Assembly (NCBI GenBank): GCA_016839745.1
Contig: JAEOTS010000075.1
Coordinates: 1-47,139, forward strand
From: Promethearchaeota archaeon
GTDB lineage: Archaea; Asgardarchaeota; Lokiarchaeia; Sigyniarchaeales; SOKP01
DNA length: 47,139 nucleotides
Reading direction: 5' to 3'
Below are positions 9,240-19,176 of this stretch, one piece after another; within the stretch, counting starts at the first letter, position 1; each line of letters starts with the position of its first letter. The notes beneath the pieces are model-generated. The model was given only the letters and a program-made list of their open reading frames with translations. It did not search any database and had not been told where the DNA came from. The position numbers were made by a program, and so were the translations under genes.

Positions 9240-12200
9240 ATGCGCTATATTTTCAAAATTCTATTACTTGGGTTAGATGGAGAAGCAATTTCTTTTTACG
9301 CTCTTAGAGCGCTCGGAGAAGAAGGCGAAAACAAAGGAGCTTATTTAGAATGGTATAAGGAAGTAAACGCATTCGATGATATATGCGATTTGGAAATAAA
9401 TGCTATAACCGATATTACTAACACTGAATCTGATTTTGATGAAATGCTAAAGACCGCAGATGGGGTCATATATTTTATAAATCCGCTAAATAAAGAAGAA
9501 ATAGAAATTTTCGATTCTATTTTTCACGATATTAGATCAGTTAAAAGAAACATTCCAATCATTTTAATGTACTACGATCTACAAGGAATCCTCCCCTTAT
9601 CTGTAAACAAACTACTAGAAGACACATGGTTCGAGTATTTTGATATAGAGGCATTTGTTAATCTTCAACCTAGAGAATTTTACCAAGCTTTACAATGTTT
9701 GTGTTTAGCAATGATCAATGGAACAGCCCCTCTTCACCTTGAAAACGCTTGGATGCGATTTCCGATATATATTCAACTCGCAAACATATTCTTTAAAAAA
9801 GCTAATAAAGAAGAAAAACCCGAGCTTTATTTTTTTGCAGCTCAAGCTATCAAAAAAGCTGCATTGATTGCTGATATATTCAATAAAGAGGAATATTACA
9901 TTATTTGCGAACAAGCTGCCTTTCTTTATTCAAAAGTCAATCTGTATTTGGAAGCTTCACAAATTCTGGAAAGTGTAGATCAAAAAAAATCGGATAATTT
10001 CAAAAGATTATACGCTGAATCTATGGTTTTAGAAGGTAATAAATTGTTTAACAAGCGTAAATTTGTTCAAGCCGCAAAACAATATCTAGCCGCAGCTCAA
10101 TGGTCCGCAATAGAAATTAGAGACAGCACCTTAATGGGCGAGTCTTTTAAGTTAGCGATTAACTCTTATATATCTGCTTGCAGAGTTGAAAACGCTTTCA
10201 ATATTCTCAATAATCTCCCTCACGATCAAGCGCTTCTTATCCTACGAGGAGTAACGGCAAAAATTATTGCTGCTGCAGATTTTTTAATTAAAGAAGATAA
10301 TTTTATACTTGCTCGAGATCAATTGTACCGAGCGATCTCCACATATCAACAAGAAGGTTTGTTTGATGATTTGGAACATTTTGCTAACAAACAAATCAAA
10401 GTGTTAGTAAGCCTATTGAAAATCTATATTAAAGAGGAGCAACAGATTCGTGCCAAACAAACTTACGACGAGATTAAAAATATCTGGGAAACATACAACA
10501 TTAAAATGCCAAATCTTGATTCTCATCTTGAAAGCTTAATTACACAATTCATAAATAAACTCGATTTTGGTAATGCCGACATACTAATCAATAGTCTAAA
10601 TACCTTAAAATTAAAGAAAAAATTAACTGATCTGCGTTATAAAGTTGAGAAAGAAAATAAAGAATTAATTAAAAAACAAATCGAAGAAAACATCGAAAAA
10701 GGTGTAGATGTTCTAAATAGTTTCATAGAATATGAGTTAAACATCTTTAAAGAAATTAATACACAGATTATTAAAGAAGCTAATCAATTTATTGAGGAAA
10801 ATAATTATTCTAAAGCCGCTAAGCATGTGAAAGTTCAGGTAGAATTTTTGAAAAGAGTTGGAAGGGAAGAAATCCATAATGAAATGATAAAGAAAGCTTT
10901 AGATATCCTATTAATCGGAAAGCAATTCGACCAGTTTTTTAAAATGTATTATGATTTATCAAAGAAAGCAAAAAAAATTTATCTTAGGAATAAGCTACGA
11001 ATTATTTTAGAAAAACTGAATGATATTATTAAAGAACGCGATTTTAAAATAAGTGAAGATGTACTAATAAATTTCATTTCTGTTTTTAGAGAACAATTAC
11101 TTTATGAACAATCTAAGGAAGTTAGCGAGAAATTTATTGATTCGGTTAAATCTGAGGCAATGAAAATAGTTAATAATAACAATACCAAAAACGCTATAGA
11201 TGCCGCTTTAAAGTTGATTAATAAAGCAGAAGAAATTTCATTAATGTATTTAGATAATCGCAAATTAAACTTCGATAAGATATATGAGAGAATAACAGAA
11301 ATTTATACCGAACTTGATGAGCTATCTTTAGCTCATGCTATCTCCGATATGATTGAGAGTAAATTTCTTAAGACAGAACTTAACAGAAAAATAGAAAAAC
11401 TCGATGCTGTAAAAAGCGCTACTGAGGCTAAGAAGGCTGAGGAAACTTCCAGAGGAGAAATTTCGAAAGAAAGGCTTTCGATTATTCAGAATAAAGCAAG
11501 AGAAGCTCGCCAAGATAGAGATAGATTATTAAAACTAAGAAAAGCACTGAGAGCTTATCTTAATGATGCTCTAATGTATTTGGATAAAAAAGATTATGAT
11601 AAGGCTATTAACAGTTATAAAGAAAGCGTAACTCGTTTGATTGACAGAAATAACCTTGACTTAGCGGGAGTGTCCTTAGCAATAATCCTACTAATGCATA
11701 TAAAACAAAACCAGATTGTAAAGTTTCACAAAATTCTTATCTTTATAAAACTTAAATTAGGAAGCCTAGAAAAATCATTATCAGAAACTTTTTCGGTGTC
11801 TTTGGTTGAATACATTTTAGATATTGAAAAATTGGGTGATCCTATTAGGCTTCAAGAATCAATTGATTTTATGGAAATTTTACCACTGTTTGACGAAGAA
11901 GTCAATCTTCTTTATGAAACCTTAGGTAAATCACTTAAAACTCTCGAACCTGAAGATATGGAAAGGGAAATTGCTGAAACTGAATATAAAAAAGAAAATA
12001 TTATTGAACTTGCGAAAAATATCCCGAAAGAAAAGAAGGAAATTGCTAAAAGAAAATTGATGAAAAATCAATACTGGAAATTAGCTTTAGAAGATTTATC
12101 TAACCAAAAAAATGAGGTAGCTGCTAGCGACTATAAAGATACAATTCCTAGGTTGATAGAAAAAAAATTCTATAGGCAAGCAGCATTAGGCTTGATATTA

Positions 12201-12995
12201 AGCATATTCATAATAATCAAAATTAAAGATGTTTTTACAGCTAAAACACAATTAAATGCTATACTAACAAAATATAAAGAATTTAAAGCTGATTTTGAAG
12301 ATTTACCCGAGATAAAAATCTTAAAAGAATTGCTTCTCGCTTTAGAAAGTGATAATTTGCTAATAATTAATATATGTGTTGACCTTCTAATCGAAAAATT
12401 AGTTCTTTATGATCCTGAAATTTCATTGTTAGAATCTATTAGATCAGAAGAACAAAAAAGCGACTTAATAGAGGATAAATTGTCAAGAGAAGAAGTAGGG
12501 GAAATGCAAAAGTTTGCTATCTTAGTAGACCAAAAATATAGCAAACTACTACAAAAAATGGGGGATGTTAGGAGAGAAAGACCAGAATTCCTAAAACAAC
12601 GAAACCCCATGAAAAAAAGGTATTATAAAGATGTAATTCCCTTACTTGAAATAAAGTCTTATAAGGAAGTTGGGCTAGAATACTTAAGGTTAGCTCAAAG
12701 TATATCTAAGAGAAGAGACTTTAGGACTAGTTCGTTAATGATTCTATTACACGGATTAGCCCTCATAAAAGCCAATGAGTCACCAATGAAAATAAGATCA
12801 GATATTAGAAAGTTCCTTGATTTGTTGGGTCTTAATAAGAAACTTGTGGAAGATACCTACTACATCCTTTGTGTAGATTTTATCCTTGATGTAATTTCAT
12901 ATAAAATAAACAAATATCTTACGAAAATATACGATTTATTAGAGATTTTGCCTTTATTTGAAGAAGAGAAAGAGTTAATTGAAATTACACTATAA
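9240..12995 (+). CDS. Large protein: degenerate small-GTPase-like N-domain, TPR/SNAP-like alpha-solenoid, three C-terminal repeats
   Basis: FKILLLGLDG, ADGVIYF, NIPIIL strands without GKT/DxxG/NKxD; helical repeats such as GNKLFNKRKFVQAAKQYLAAAQW. Confidence 0.65.
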   Translation: MRYIFKILLLGLDGEAISFYALRALGEEGENKGAYLEWYKEVNAFDDICDLEINAITDITNTESDFDEMLKTADGVIYFINPLNKEEIEIFDSIFHDIRSVKRNIPIILMYYDLQGILPLSVNKLLEDTWFEYFDIEAFVNLQPREFYQALQCLCLAMINGTAPLHLENAWMRFPIYIQLANIFFKKANKEEKPELYFFAAQAIKKAALIADIFNKEEYYIICEQAAFLYSKVNLYLEASQILESVDQKKSDNFKRLYAESMVLEGNKLFNKRKFVQAAKQYLAAAQWSAIEIRDSTLMGESFKLAINSYISACRVENAFNILNNLPHDQALLILRGVTAKIIAAADFLIKEDNFILARDQLYRAISTYQQEGLFDDLEHFANKQIKVLVSLLKIYIKEEQQIRAKQTYDEIKNIWETYNIKMPNLDSHLESLITQFINKLDFGNADILINSLNTLKLKKKLTDLRYKVEKENKELIKKQIEENIEKGVDVLNSFIEYELNIFKEINTQIIKEANQFIEENNYSKAAKHVKVQVEFLKRVGREEIHNEMIKKALDILLIGKQFDQFFKMYYDLSKKAKKIYLRNKLRIILEKLNDIIKERDFKISEDVLINFISVFREQLLYEQSKEVSEKFIDSVKSEAMKIVNNNNTKNAIDAALKLINKAEEISLMYLDNRKLNFDKIYERITEIYTELDELSLAHAISDMIESKFLKTELNRKIEKLDAVKSATEAKKAEETSRGEISKERLSIIQNKAREARQDRDRLLKLRKALRAYLNDALMYLDKKDYDKAINSYKESVTRLIDRNNLDLAGVSLAIILLMHIKQNQIVKFHKILIFIKLKLGSLEKSLSETFSVSLVEYILDIEKLGDPIRLQESIDFMEILPLFDEEVNLLYETLGKSLKTLEPEDMEREIAETEYKKENIIELAKNIPKEKKEIAKRKLMKNQYWKLALEDLSNQKNEVAASDYKDTIPRLIEKKFYRQAALGLILSIFIIIKIKDVFTAKTQLNAILTKYKEFKADFEDLPEIKILKELLLALESDNLLIINICVDLLIEKLVLYDPEISLLESIRSEEQKSDLIEDKLSREEVGEMQKFAILVDQKYSKLLQKMGDVRRERPEFLKQRNPMKKRYYKDVIPLLEIKSYKEVGLEYLRLAQSISKRRDFRTSSLMILLHGLALIKANESPMKIRSDIRKFLDLLGLNKKLVEDTYYILCVDFILDVISYKINKYLTKIYDLLEILPLFEEEKELIEITL

Positions 12996-13002
12996 CAAGC
13001 TG

Positions 13003-13917
13003 TTATACCATATTAGCATATTTCATAAGGTCTTTTACTCGCATTCTCAGGGTGACTTCAGTAACACGTGCTAATTTACTAATTTCTTTTTGAGTGCGGT
13101 TTTCGCTACACATTTTGGAGCCTATATAAATAGCTGCCGCGGCAATTCCTTTAGGGTCTTTTCCTGCAGAATTAAAACCACTGTCTTGAGCCTTTTCTAT
13201 TATTTTAACAGCAGTATTTCTACATTGCATTGAAAGTTTTAGTTCGTCGTTAAATTTATCCACATAGCGAATTGGTCCGAAATGTTGGACTTTTAAATTT
13301 AATTTTGGTAAAACTTCCATTAATATTAATCGATAACTCTTAATTACTTTCTTTTTTGGAATTTGAGCAACTTTCGTAATTTCTTCTACCGTTCTTGGAA
13401 TCCCATGAACTCTAAGTGCACAAAAAATGGAAGCTGAGAGGAGAGTATCGATACTCCTTCCCATTGTTAGCTTCTTTTTGACCGTTTGAGTATATATTCT
13501 TAGAGCGTCCTCAGCAACTGTGTCAGGAATGCCTAGTCTTTTTTGTAAACGCTGTAAATTTGGTAAGGCAATCCACAGGTTTCGCTCGAAAGAAGTAGTT
13601 AAGGATCTATGAATTTTTGCAAGTCTATTAAATTTAGATTTATATTTTGGGCTTAATAAAGTCCCTCGTGCATCTCTACTACCTCTAATAATCGTCCGTG
13701 GACCAATAGGACTATAAACCCTTTCGTTACTTTTTCTTTTTTGGATTTCTTCTTGTGTAAAAGCTCTACGCGGTGAATCGTCTAGAATTCTTCCATAGAC
13801 TGAACCGCAATTTAAACATACGTAGAATCCATCTTCCTCACTGATTTTAGGCGAGTCACAACAAGATTCTTCTTCCTTCTCGTCAAAAAATCCATTATCT
13901 TCAAAACTTGACGGCAT
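13003..13917 (-). CDS. tfb: Transcription initiation factor IIB (TFB) paralogue
   Basis: CC...VCLNCG Zn ribbon; ERNL; two cyclin repeats (GRSID...IPRT; GKDPKGIAAAAIY...RTQKEIS..ARVTEVTLR). Confidence 0.93.
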   Translation of the reverse strand: MPSSFEDNGFFDEKEEESCCDSPKISEEDGFYVCLNCGSVYGRILDDSPRRAFTQEEIQKRKSNERVYSPIGPRTIIRGSRDARGTLLSPKYKSKFNRLAKIHRSLTTSFERNLWIALPNLQRLQKRLGIPDTVAEDALRIYTQTVKKKLTMGRSIDTLLSASIFCALRVHGIPRTVEEITKVAQIPKKKVIKSYRLILMEVLPKLNLKVQHFGPIRYVDKFNDELKLSMQCRNTAVKIIEKAQDSGFNSAGKDPKGIAAAAIYIGSKMCSENRTQKEISKLARVTEVTLRMRVKDLMKYANMV

Positions 13918-14138
13918 ATCTACTGTTTAACTTAAATGCAAATATTGGGATTATTCAATTTCAGTATTATATTTAAAATAAACTATATATTTAAATCTTA
14001 ATCAATTTAATTTAATAGCTGTAGTGAAGATTTAAATCTTAGTCTATTTAACTATTATCTTAAAAGATTCGTAAATAATGATTATTTTATTTAAAACTCT
14101 AAAATAATAAATACAAATTAATAAAAATTGTTACCATA

Positions 14139-15389
14139 ATGTCGTCCGATATCGCAAATATTATAAGTATTTTTTCAAAATTTCTCGATCCAAAAGTAAC
14201 CAAAGCAGATAAATTTAAAACCGTTGAGGAAATAAAAAAATTACCCGTTCACTCTTATAAATTTATTTCTAAAAACGATGCTAAAATTTTAAAAGACCTT
14301 CTAAAAATATCCAAAATTGAAGAAATTTCCAAATTGAATAGGGAAAATCCATTCAAAAATTTAAAAATTTTCGGAGAAACAAAGGATCCTCTCGAAGTTA
14401 CCGAATTACAAGAAGAATATGATAGAAAAGTCACTGCCCTTAAAGCAGAGAATCCAGAACTTGAAAAATCCGTAAAGAAAGCAATTTTTATTAGCTCAAT
14501 CATTACCAATATGGTAGACGAGGGAGAGATTCTCCAAAAATCAGCTCAAAAAGTAATCGTAATAGGATTAGATAATGCGGGAAAAACAGCAATTTTGAGC
14601 AAGTTTGGAGGACGGTTAGGTATTAACGATTTAGCAAATTTGACGCCAACTAAGGGGGTAGATCGTCGGCATATCGAAACGGAAAGCTCTGATATAGATC
14701 TTTATATATGGGATTTTGGTGGACAAGCTCAGTATCGAAGCAAATATTTTGATAAACCAGAACAATATTTTCTACAAACTGATTTATTGATCTATGTAAT
14801 TGATGTTCAAGATCCTGAGAGATACGCCGAATCATTTGAGTATTTTGAACAAATACTAGAAATCTTATCGACATTAGAAGAGGAACCATTTGTATTAATA
14901 TATATACATAAATGCGATCCCGATTTAAAACGCGACCCCGAAACCTTATTGAATATCGAACTCCTAAAAGATAACCTCAATCAATTATTAACTACATATG
15001 ACTGCGATTACGAGGCTTATTTGACTTCAATTTTTTCCCTAATAACTAACGAACCTGAGTTTTCGAAATACATTAAGGAAGTTATGAGATCTACTGATTC
15101 TCTAACAAGCCCAACTTTGAGAAAAGTTGAGGGTTTAGGAAAGACTTTAGAGGAAACCATGAATGCTGTTATACGGTTATCAGAAAGCCTTTCTAAACAA
15201 TTATCTGAACTAGATAATAGATTGCGGGCAATTGAAAGTGGTGCATTTCAGATGGCTCAAAGTGGAGTACCAATAAGCTTAGCTCCACCAAACGATCCGT
15301 CAACACCGGGAGGACCTGGTGATTCTAGGACAACTGTTCTAAATGAGTTAAAACAACTATTCGAAAAGAAGCGAAAGCTGAACTTATAA
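14139..15389 (+). CDS. Arf/Rag-like small GTPase with N-terminal helical domain and C-terminal coiled coil/Pro-rich tail
   Basis: G1 GLDNAGKT, G2 PTKG, G3 WDFGGQ, G4 HKCD, G5 TSI. Confidence 0.9.
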   Translation: MSSDIANIISIFSKFLDPKVTKADKFKTVEEIKKLPVHSYKFISKNDAKILKDLLKISKIEEISKLNRENPFKNLKIFGETKDPLEVTELQEEYDRKVTALKAENPELEKSVKKAIFISSIITNMVDEGEILQKSAQKVIVIGLDNAGKTAILSKFGGRLGINDLANLTPTKGVDRRHIETESSDIDLYIWDFGGQAQYRSKYFDKPEQYFLQTDLLIYVIDVQDPERYAESFEYFEQILEILSTLEEEPFVLIYIHKCDPDLKRDPETLLNIELLKDNLNQLLTTYDCDYEAYLTSIFSLITNEPEFSKYIKEVMRSTDSLTSPTLRKVEGLGKTLEETMNAVIRLSESLSKQLSELDNRLRAIESGAFQMAQSGVPISLAPPNDPSTPGGPGDSRTTVLNELKQLFEKKRKLNL

Positions 15390-15399
15390 CTGCTTTTTA

Positions 15400-16116
15400 C
15401 TACTTTTCTTGCTTTCCAATAGCTTCTTGAATCCTTTTGTGAATTGCAAGAACAACTATTACAATTATTAATCCTAGCACTAGAAGTGTATAAAAGATAT
15501 TTTTTAAAAGCAATGGATTAATAATCTGATAATGAATTTGACTCCCAATGATAAGCTCAAAAAATAAGATTACTCTCATCAATAAAGGCGCAACAAAGGT
15601 TATAGCTAAAATAAATCCAAAAAATCCGATGAAAAATCCAAATATGACATCACTCGGGTAATGAACTCCTAATTGAATTCTGGAAAATGATACTATCGCG
15701 GCAAAAATTAAAACTGTAATTGCTATTAACAATGAGTTTAATAAATATGCCAATAACAATCCTTGAGAAACGACATTATATGCGTGCCAAGAAGGAAAAC
15801 TCCTCGATGTTGGTTTTCGCTCGAGAACCTTAATATCTTTTAGTGATTCAAAAGGTCTGTCTCGATTCATACATTTTTTTATTGGAGCAATTATTACGAC
15901 TCCAAGTAAAAATATTGAAGTAATGTGCGAGAATAACAACGGATCATAAAATATAAATAAGTAAAAAACCATTAACAACATCCAAATTGTTTCTCTACCA
16001 AAAAAAGATAGTATTTTTAAAATTATAGTAAATGGTTTTCCTCCAAAACCGTTATATTTTAAAATGACTTTCTGATCCCAAGTATCAAGGTTGTTAAAGA
16101 TTTTTTTGGTTTCCAT
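15400..16116 (-). CDS. PAP2-family membrane phosphatase
   Basis: KKCMNRDRP, SFPSWH, SRIQLGVHYPSDV motifs. Confidence 0.92.
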   Translation of the reverse strand: METKKIFNNLDTWDQKVILKYNGFGGKPFTIILKILSFFGRETIWMLLMVFYLFIFYDPLLFSHITSIFLLGVVIIAPIKKCMNRDRPFESLKDIKVLERKPTSRSFPSWHAYNVVSQGLLLAYLLNSLLIAITVLIFAAIVSFSRIQLGVHYPSDVIFGFFIGFFGFILAITFVAPLLMRVILFFELIIGSQIHYQIINPLLLKNIFYTLLVLGLIIVIVVLAIHKRIQEAIGKQEK

Positions 16117-16130
16117 GTTTTTTGCGCCCT

Positions 16131-16925
16131 TTAATTAATCAACCCTAAAAATTCATAAGCTTGTTTTACTTTGGGAATTGTTTCTTCAAAAAATTCGAGC
16201 GAATGTGAATCGGAGCCAATGAAGAATTTCGCACGTTCTGATTTTAATTGCTTTACAACTTCCTTAGAAGGGAAGGAGCGATTGATAGGAAATCTTATTC
16301 CAGACAAATTATATTCTATGCGAACTTTATTTTTGATGCATAATCTACCAAGATTTAGAACTCTCTCTTCTGTAGTATCACAATCATCCGAAGGTTTTAG
16401 GTCATTTTCGTTAATATAGCGGTAAATTGTATCTAGATGACATACATTCTTAAAGATTTTTGATTCAATCATCATTTTATACACCTTAAAGTAATCGTCT
16501 ATCACCTGCTTCATTTGTATCTTTTCTAATAATTCTACTAATTTTGCTCTACTTGTTATAGGGTAATTGAAAATCCATTCATGAACTGTCCCTCCTATAA
16601 AGTCCAAATCTTTTTCATAATCGTCCATGAACTCCCTCAGTTCAGTTTCCCTGTCCTGGTAATATTCAACTTCAAGTCCACCAAGGATACCATTATAATT
16701 CTCTTTTAATTGGTCAATTTCTTCTAGATAATCATCTATTTTACTATTATAAAACGGATTTGTCTTATCTCGTTCAATGTAGTATAATTCATAATGTTCA
16801 AGAAAACAGATATTAATTCTATTTTTTTCAGCAATTTCTAAATAATCGTTGAAGACCGGACCATTTTCTTGAATATCTGCGCTCCATTTGGTATGGACGT
16901 GATAATCTGTATATTTAAAATTCAT
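16131..16925 (-). CDS. PHP-domain phosphatase (histidinol-phosphatase HisK-like)
   Basis: DYHVHT, LEH, GLEVEY, GTVH, HLD, GSDSH. Confidence 0.85.
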   Translation of the reverse strand: MNFKYTDYHVHTKWSADIQENGPVFNDYLEIAEKNRINICFLEHYELYYIERDKTNPFYNSKIDDYLEEIDQLKENYNGILGGLEVEYYQDRETELREFMDDYEKDLDFIGGTVHEWIFNYPITSRAKLVELLEKIQMKQVIDDYFKVYKMMIESKIFKNVCHLDTIYRYINENDLKPSDDCDTTEERVLNLGRLCIKNKVRIEYNLSGIRFPINRSFPSKEVVKQLKSERAKFFIGSDSHSLEFFEETIPKVKQAYEFLGLIN

Positions 16926-16974
16926 AAGATAGTAGTTTTTATAATGAAAAGAATAAGTTAAAAATTTTGATTAT

Positions 16975-18873
16975 TTATTCCATCGAATTTTCCTTGTCGA
17001 AAAATACTTCGTAAAAAAGTTCCTTTTCTCCCGCTTCTGGAGGTTTAATCTTAGTATAACCCCCTTTTCTGATGATCTGTACTGTGCTTTTATTTTGAAT
17101 GTGAATATTGCCATAGAAGCCTTTTATTCCCTTTTCTTTCGCTATAATGATTAAATGTTGATATAAAAAAGAACCCAAGCCTTTTCCGCGATAATCTTCC
17201 CTTACTAAAAAACTATACTCCGCCATATTGAGTTGAAGATTAAGGTAATAGGTAGCGTTCCCGATCATTTCTTCACTCCCAATTTCACCAAGAAAAGCTC
17301 CAATTGAAAACACATTGTTATAGTCGATATTTACTTCACTTTGCGTCTTAGAATGGGTAAATTCTTTTCTTACTTCGAAAAATCTTAAGTATCTGTCTGT
17401 TTCATTCAAAGAATAATACATTTCTTTTAATAATGGTTCGTCAGTAGGCTTAACCGGGCGAATTTTAACCTTCTCTCCTCCCCGTAGAGTCGATATAGTC
17501 TCATATTCTGAAGGATATCTACATATTCTTCCTTCATCGTCACACGGTAATATTTGATCTGAATAAATATAATTCAGTTTCTTTGCTTCATCCAATAGCC
17601 ATTTTCTAAAATTTGGATGAGCAACACAGATAAGTTCAAGAACTCGCTCTCGAATGGTTTTTCCATGGAGATATGCTATACCCCATTCAGTTATTATATA
17701 GTGCACGTCTCCTCGAGACAACATTACTCCCGCACCTTCATCTAAATGTGGTAAAATCCTAGATTTCTTGCCATCACGAGATGTGGAAGGCATAATTATG
17801 ATTGGTTTCCCTCCTTTAGAAAAAGCAGCTCCTCTCATGAAATCTATAGTCTCTCCAATTCCAGAATAAAATCCATAACCCTCTGTTGCTGCATTAATCT
17901 GCCCAGTTAGATCTATTTGTCGAGCGGAATTAATTGAGACCATTTTCTTGTTCTTTCCTATATATATTGGATTACATACATAATCTGATGGATAAAATTC
18001 AATATAGGGATTATTATTAACAAAATCATACAACTTTTTGGAGCCTAGTGCAAAACTTGTGATAATTTTTTCGGGGTGAAAATTCTTTTTTCGACTAGTT
18101 AAGACTCCTTTTTCTATAAGTGGGATGATGTTGTCAGTGACATAATGTGAATGCATCCCTAAACTCTTTTTATTTCCTAAATATTTTAATACTGCATTTG
18201 GTAAGTCCCCAAATCCTACATGAATGGTGGATTTATTTTCTACTATGTTTGCGAGATTCTTGCCTATTCTCTCAGCAATTTCATCAGGTTCATCAAAGTG
18301 AAATTCTAATAAAGGAACATCGTTCAAAACAAAATAATCAATTTCTTTCATATGGATAAAGCTATTACCTAAAGTTCTTGGCATTTGAGGATTTATCTCC
18401 ACTATAGTTAAATAAGCCGATTGGGCTAATGGTTTAGCGATATCAACATTAATACCAAGAGAGCAAAAACCATTAGAATCTGGAGGTGTTACTTGTATAA
18501 GTGCAACATCAATATGCTTTTTACCAGTTAAAAAAAGCTCTGGGATCTCACTGGCATAAATTGGTGTGTAATCTGCTTGTCCCTTATTTATTTCCTCGCG
18601 AAGTGTCTTTCCGATGAATAGGGCATTATGCCTAAAAAGGTCTTCAGCCTTATCTGTGAAATACTTCTCAGGACCAATAGTTAAAAAGTGGAGTATTTCG
18701 GTATCAATTAACTTTTCTGATTGCTTTATTAATTCTGATGTAAGTAATTGTGGTTCCGAGCATCCAGAGCCTATGAAAACTCTATTACCTGGAATAATTT
18801 TATTAATTGCATTTTCGGCGGTGATTTCTTTATCCTTCCATTTTTTACTCCATTCTCCATTTAGATAATCCAA
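16975..18873 (-). CDS. Acetyl-CoA hydrolase/4-hydroxybutyrate CoA-transferase-fold domain fused to C-terminal Pat-type GNAT acetyltransferase
   Basis: DVALIQVTPPD..GFCSLG, NPQMPRT, IDLTGQ, DFMRGA, TEWGIA; GNAT IRP..P.D, YLRFF, IDY, AEYS, YRGKGLG; GAGGTG before TTG. Confidence 0.9.
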   Translation of the reverse strand: MDYLNGEWSKKWKDKEITAENAINKIIPGNRVFIGSGCSEPQLLTSELIKQSEKLIDTEILHFLTIGPEKYFTDKAEDLFRHNALFIGKTLREEINKGQADYTPIYASEIPELFLTGKKHIDVALIQVTPPDSNGFCSLGINVDIAKPLAQSAYLTIVEINPQMPRTLGNSFIHMKEIDYFVLNDVPLLEFHFDEPDEIAERIGKNLANIVENKSTIHVGFGDLPNAVLKYLGNKKSLGMHSHYVTDNIIPLIEKGVLTSRKKNFHPEKIITSFALGSKKLYDFVNNNPYIEFYPSDYVCNPIYIGKNKKMVSINSARQIDLTGQINAATEGYGFYSGIGETIDFMRGAAFSKGGKPIIIMPSTSRDGKKSRILPHLDEGAGVMLSRGDVHYIITEWGIAYLHGKTIRERVLELICVAHPNFRKWLLDEAKKLNYIYSDQILPCDDEGRICRYPSEYETISTLRGGEKVKIRPVKPTDEPLLKEMYYSLNETDRYLRFFEVRKEFTHSKTQSEVNIDYNNVFSIGAFLGEIGSEEMIGNATYYLNLQLNMAEYSFLVREDYRGKGLGSFLYQHLIIIAKEKGIKGFYGNIHIQNKSTVQIIRKGGYTKIKPPEAGEKELFYEVFFDKENSME

Positions 18874-18966
18874 TTAAGCCACCTCGCGATTCTTGTTTTA
18901 TTCTATTATTTCCTTTATTCCCAAAAAATAGTTAATTCGTATATCTTTAATATTTTTACTTTAATT

Positions 18967-18984
18967 ATTTGAAATTTTTCAAAT
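18967..18984. promoter_or_regulatory. Inverted repeat ATTTGAAA-TT-TTTCAAAT in the divergent GNAT/acs intergenic region
   Basis: Perfect 8-bp arms; AT-rich so may be chance. Confidence 0.25.
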
Positions 18985-19176
18985 TATAAAATCTTCTCAA
19001 ATAAAACTAATCTCTATATTTTAGAAATAAATATGTTAAAGGTGTTGGAAAAAAAACCTACATCTCCCATTTCTTAATAAATTAAATATAAAATGTTTAA
19101 ATTAAATTCGATATATTTCCTAATCAAGAAACTATTACATTACAAATAAAGAAGAAATTCAAATTAGTGAAATATT

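Noticed and set aside
13003-13917. Unusual CC-type Zn ribbon in TFB as a novelty
   Set aside because: Variant TFB paralogues are common in archaea; the core is canonical
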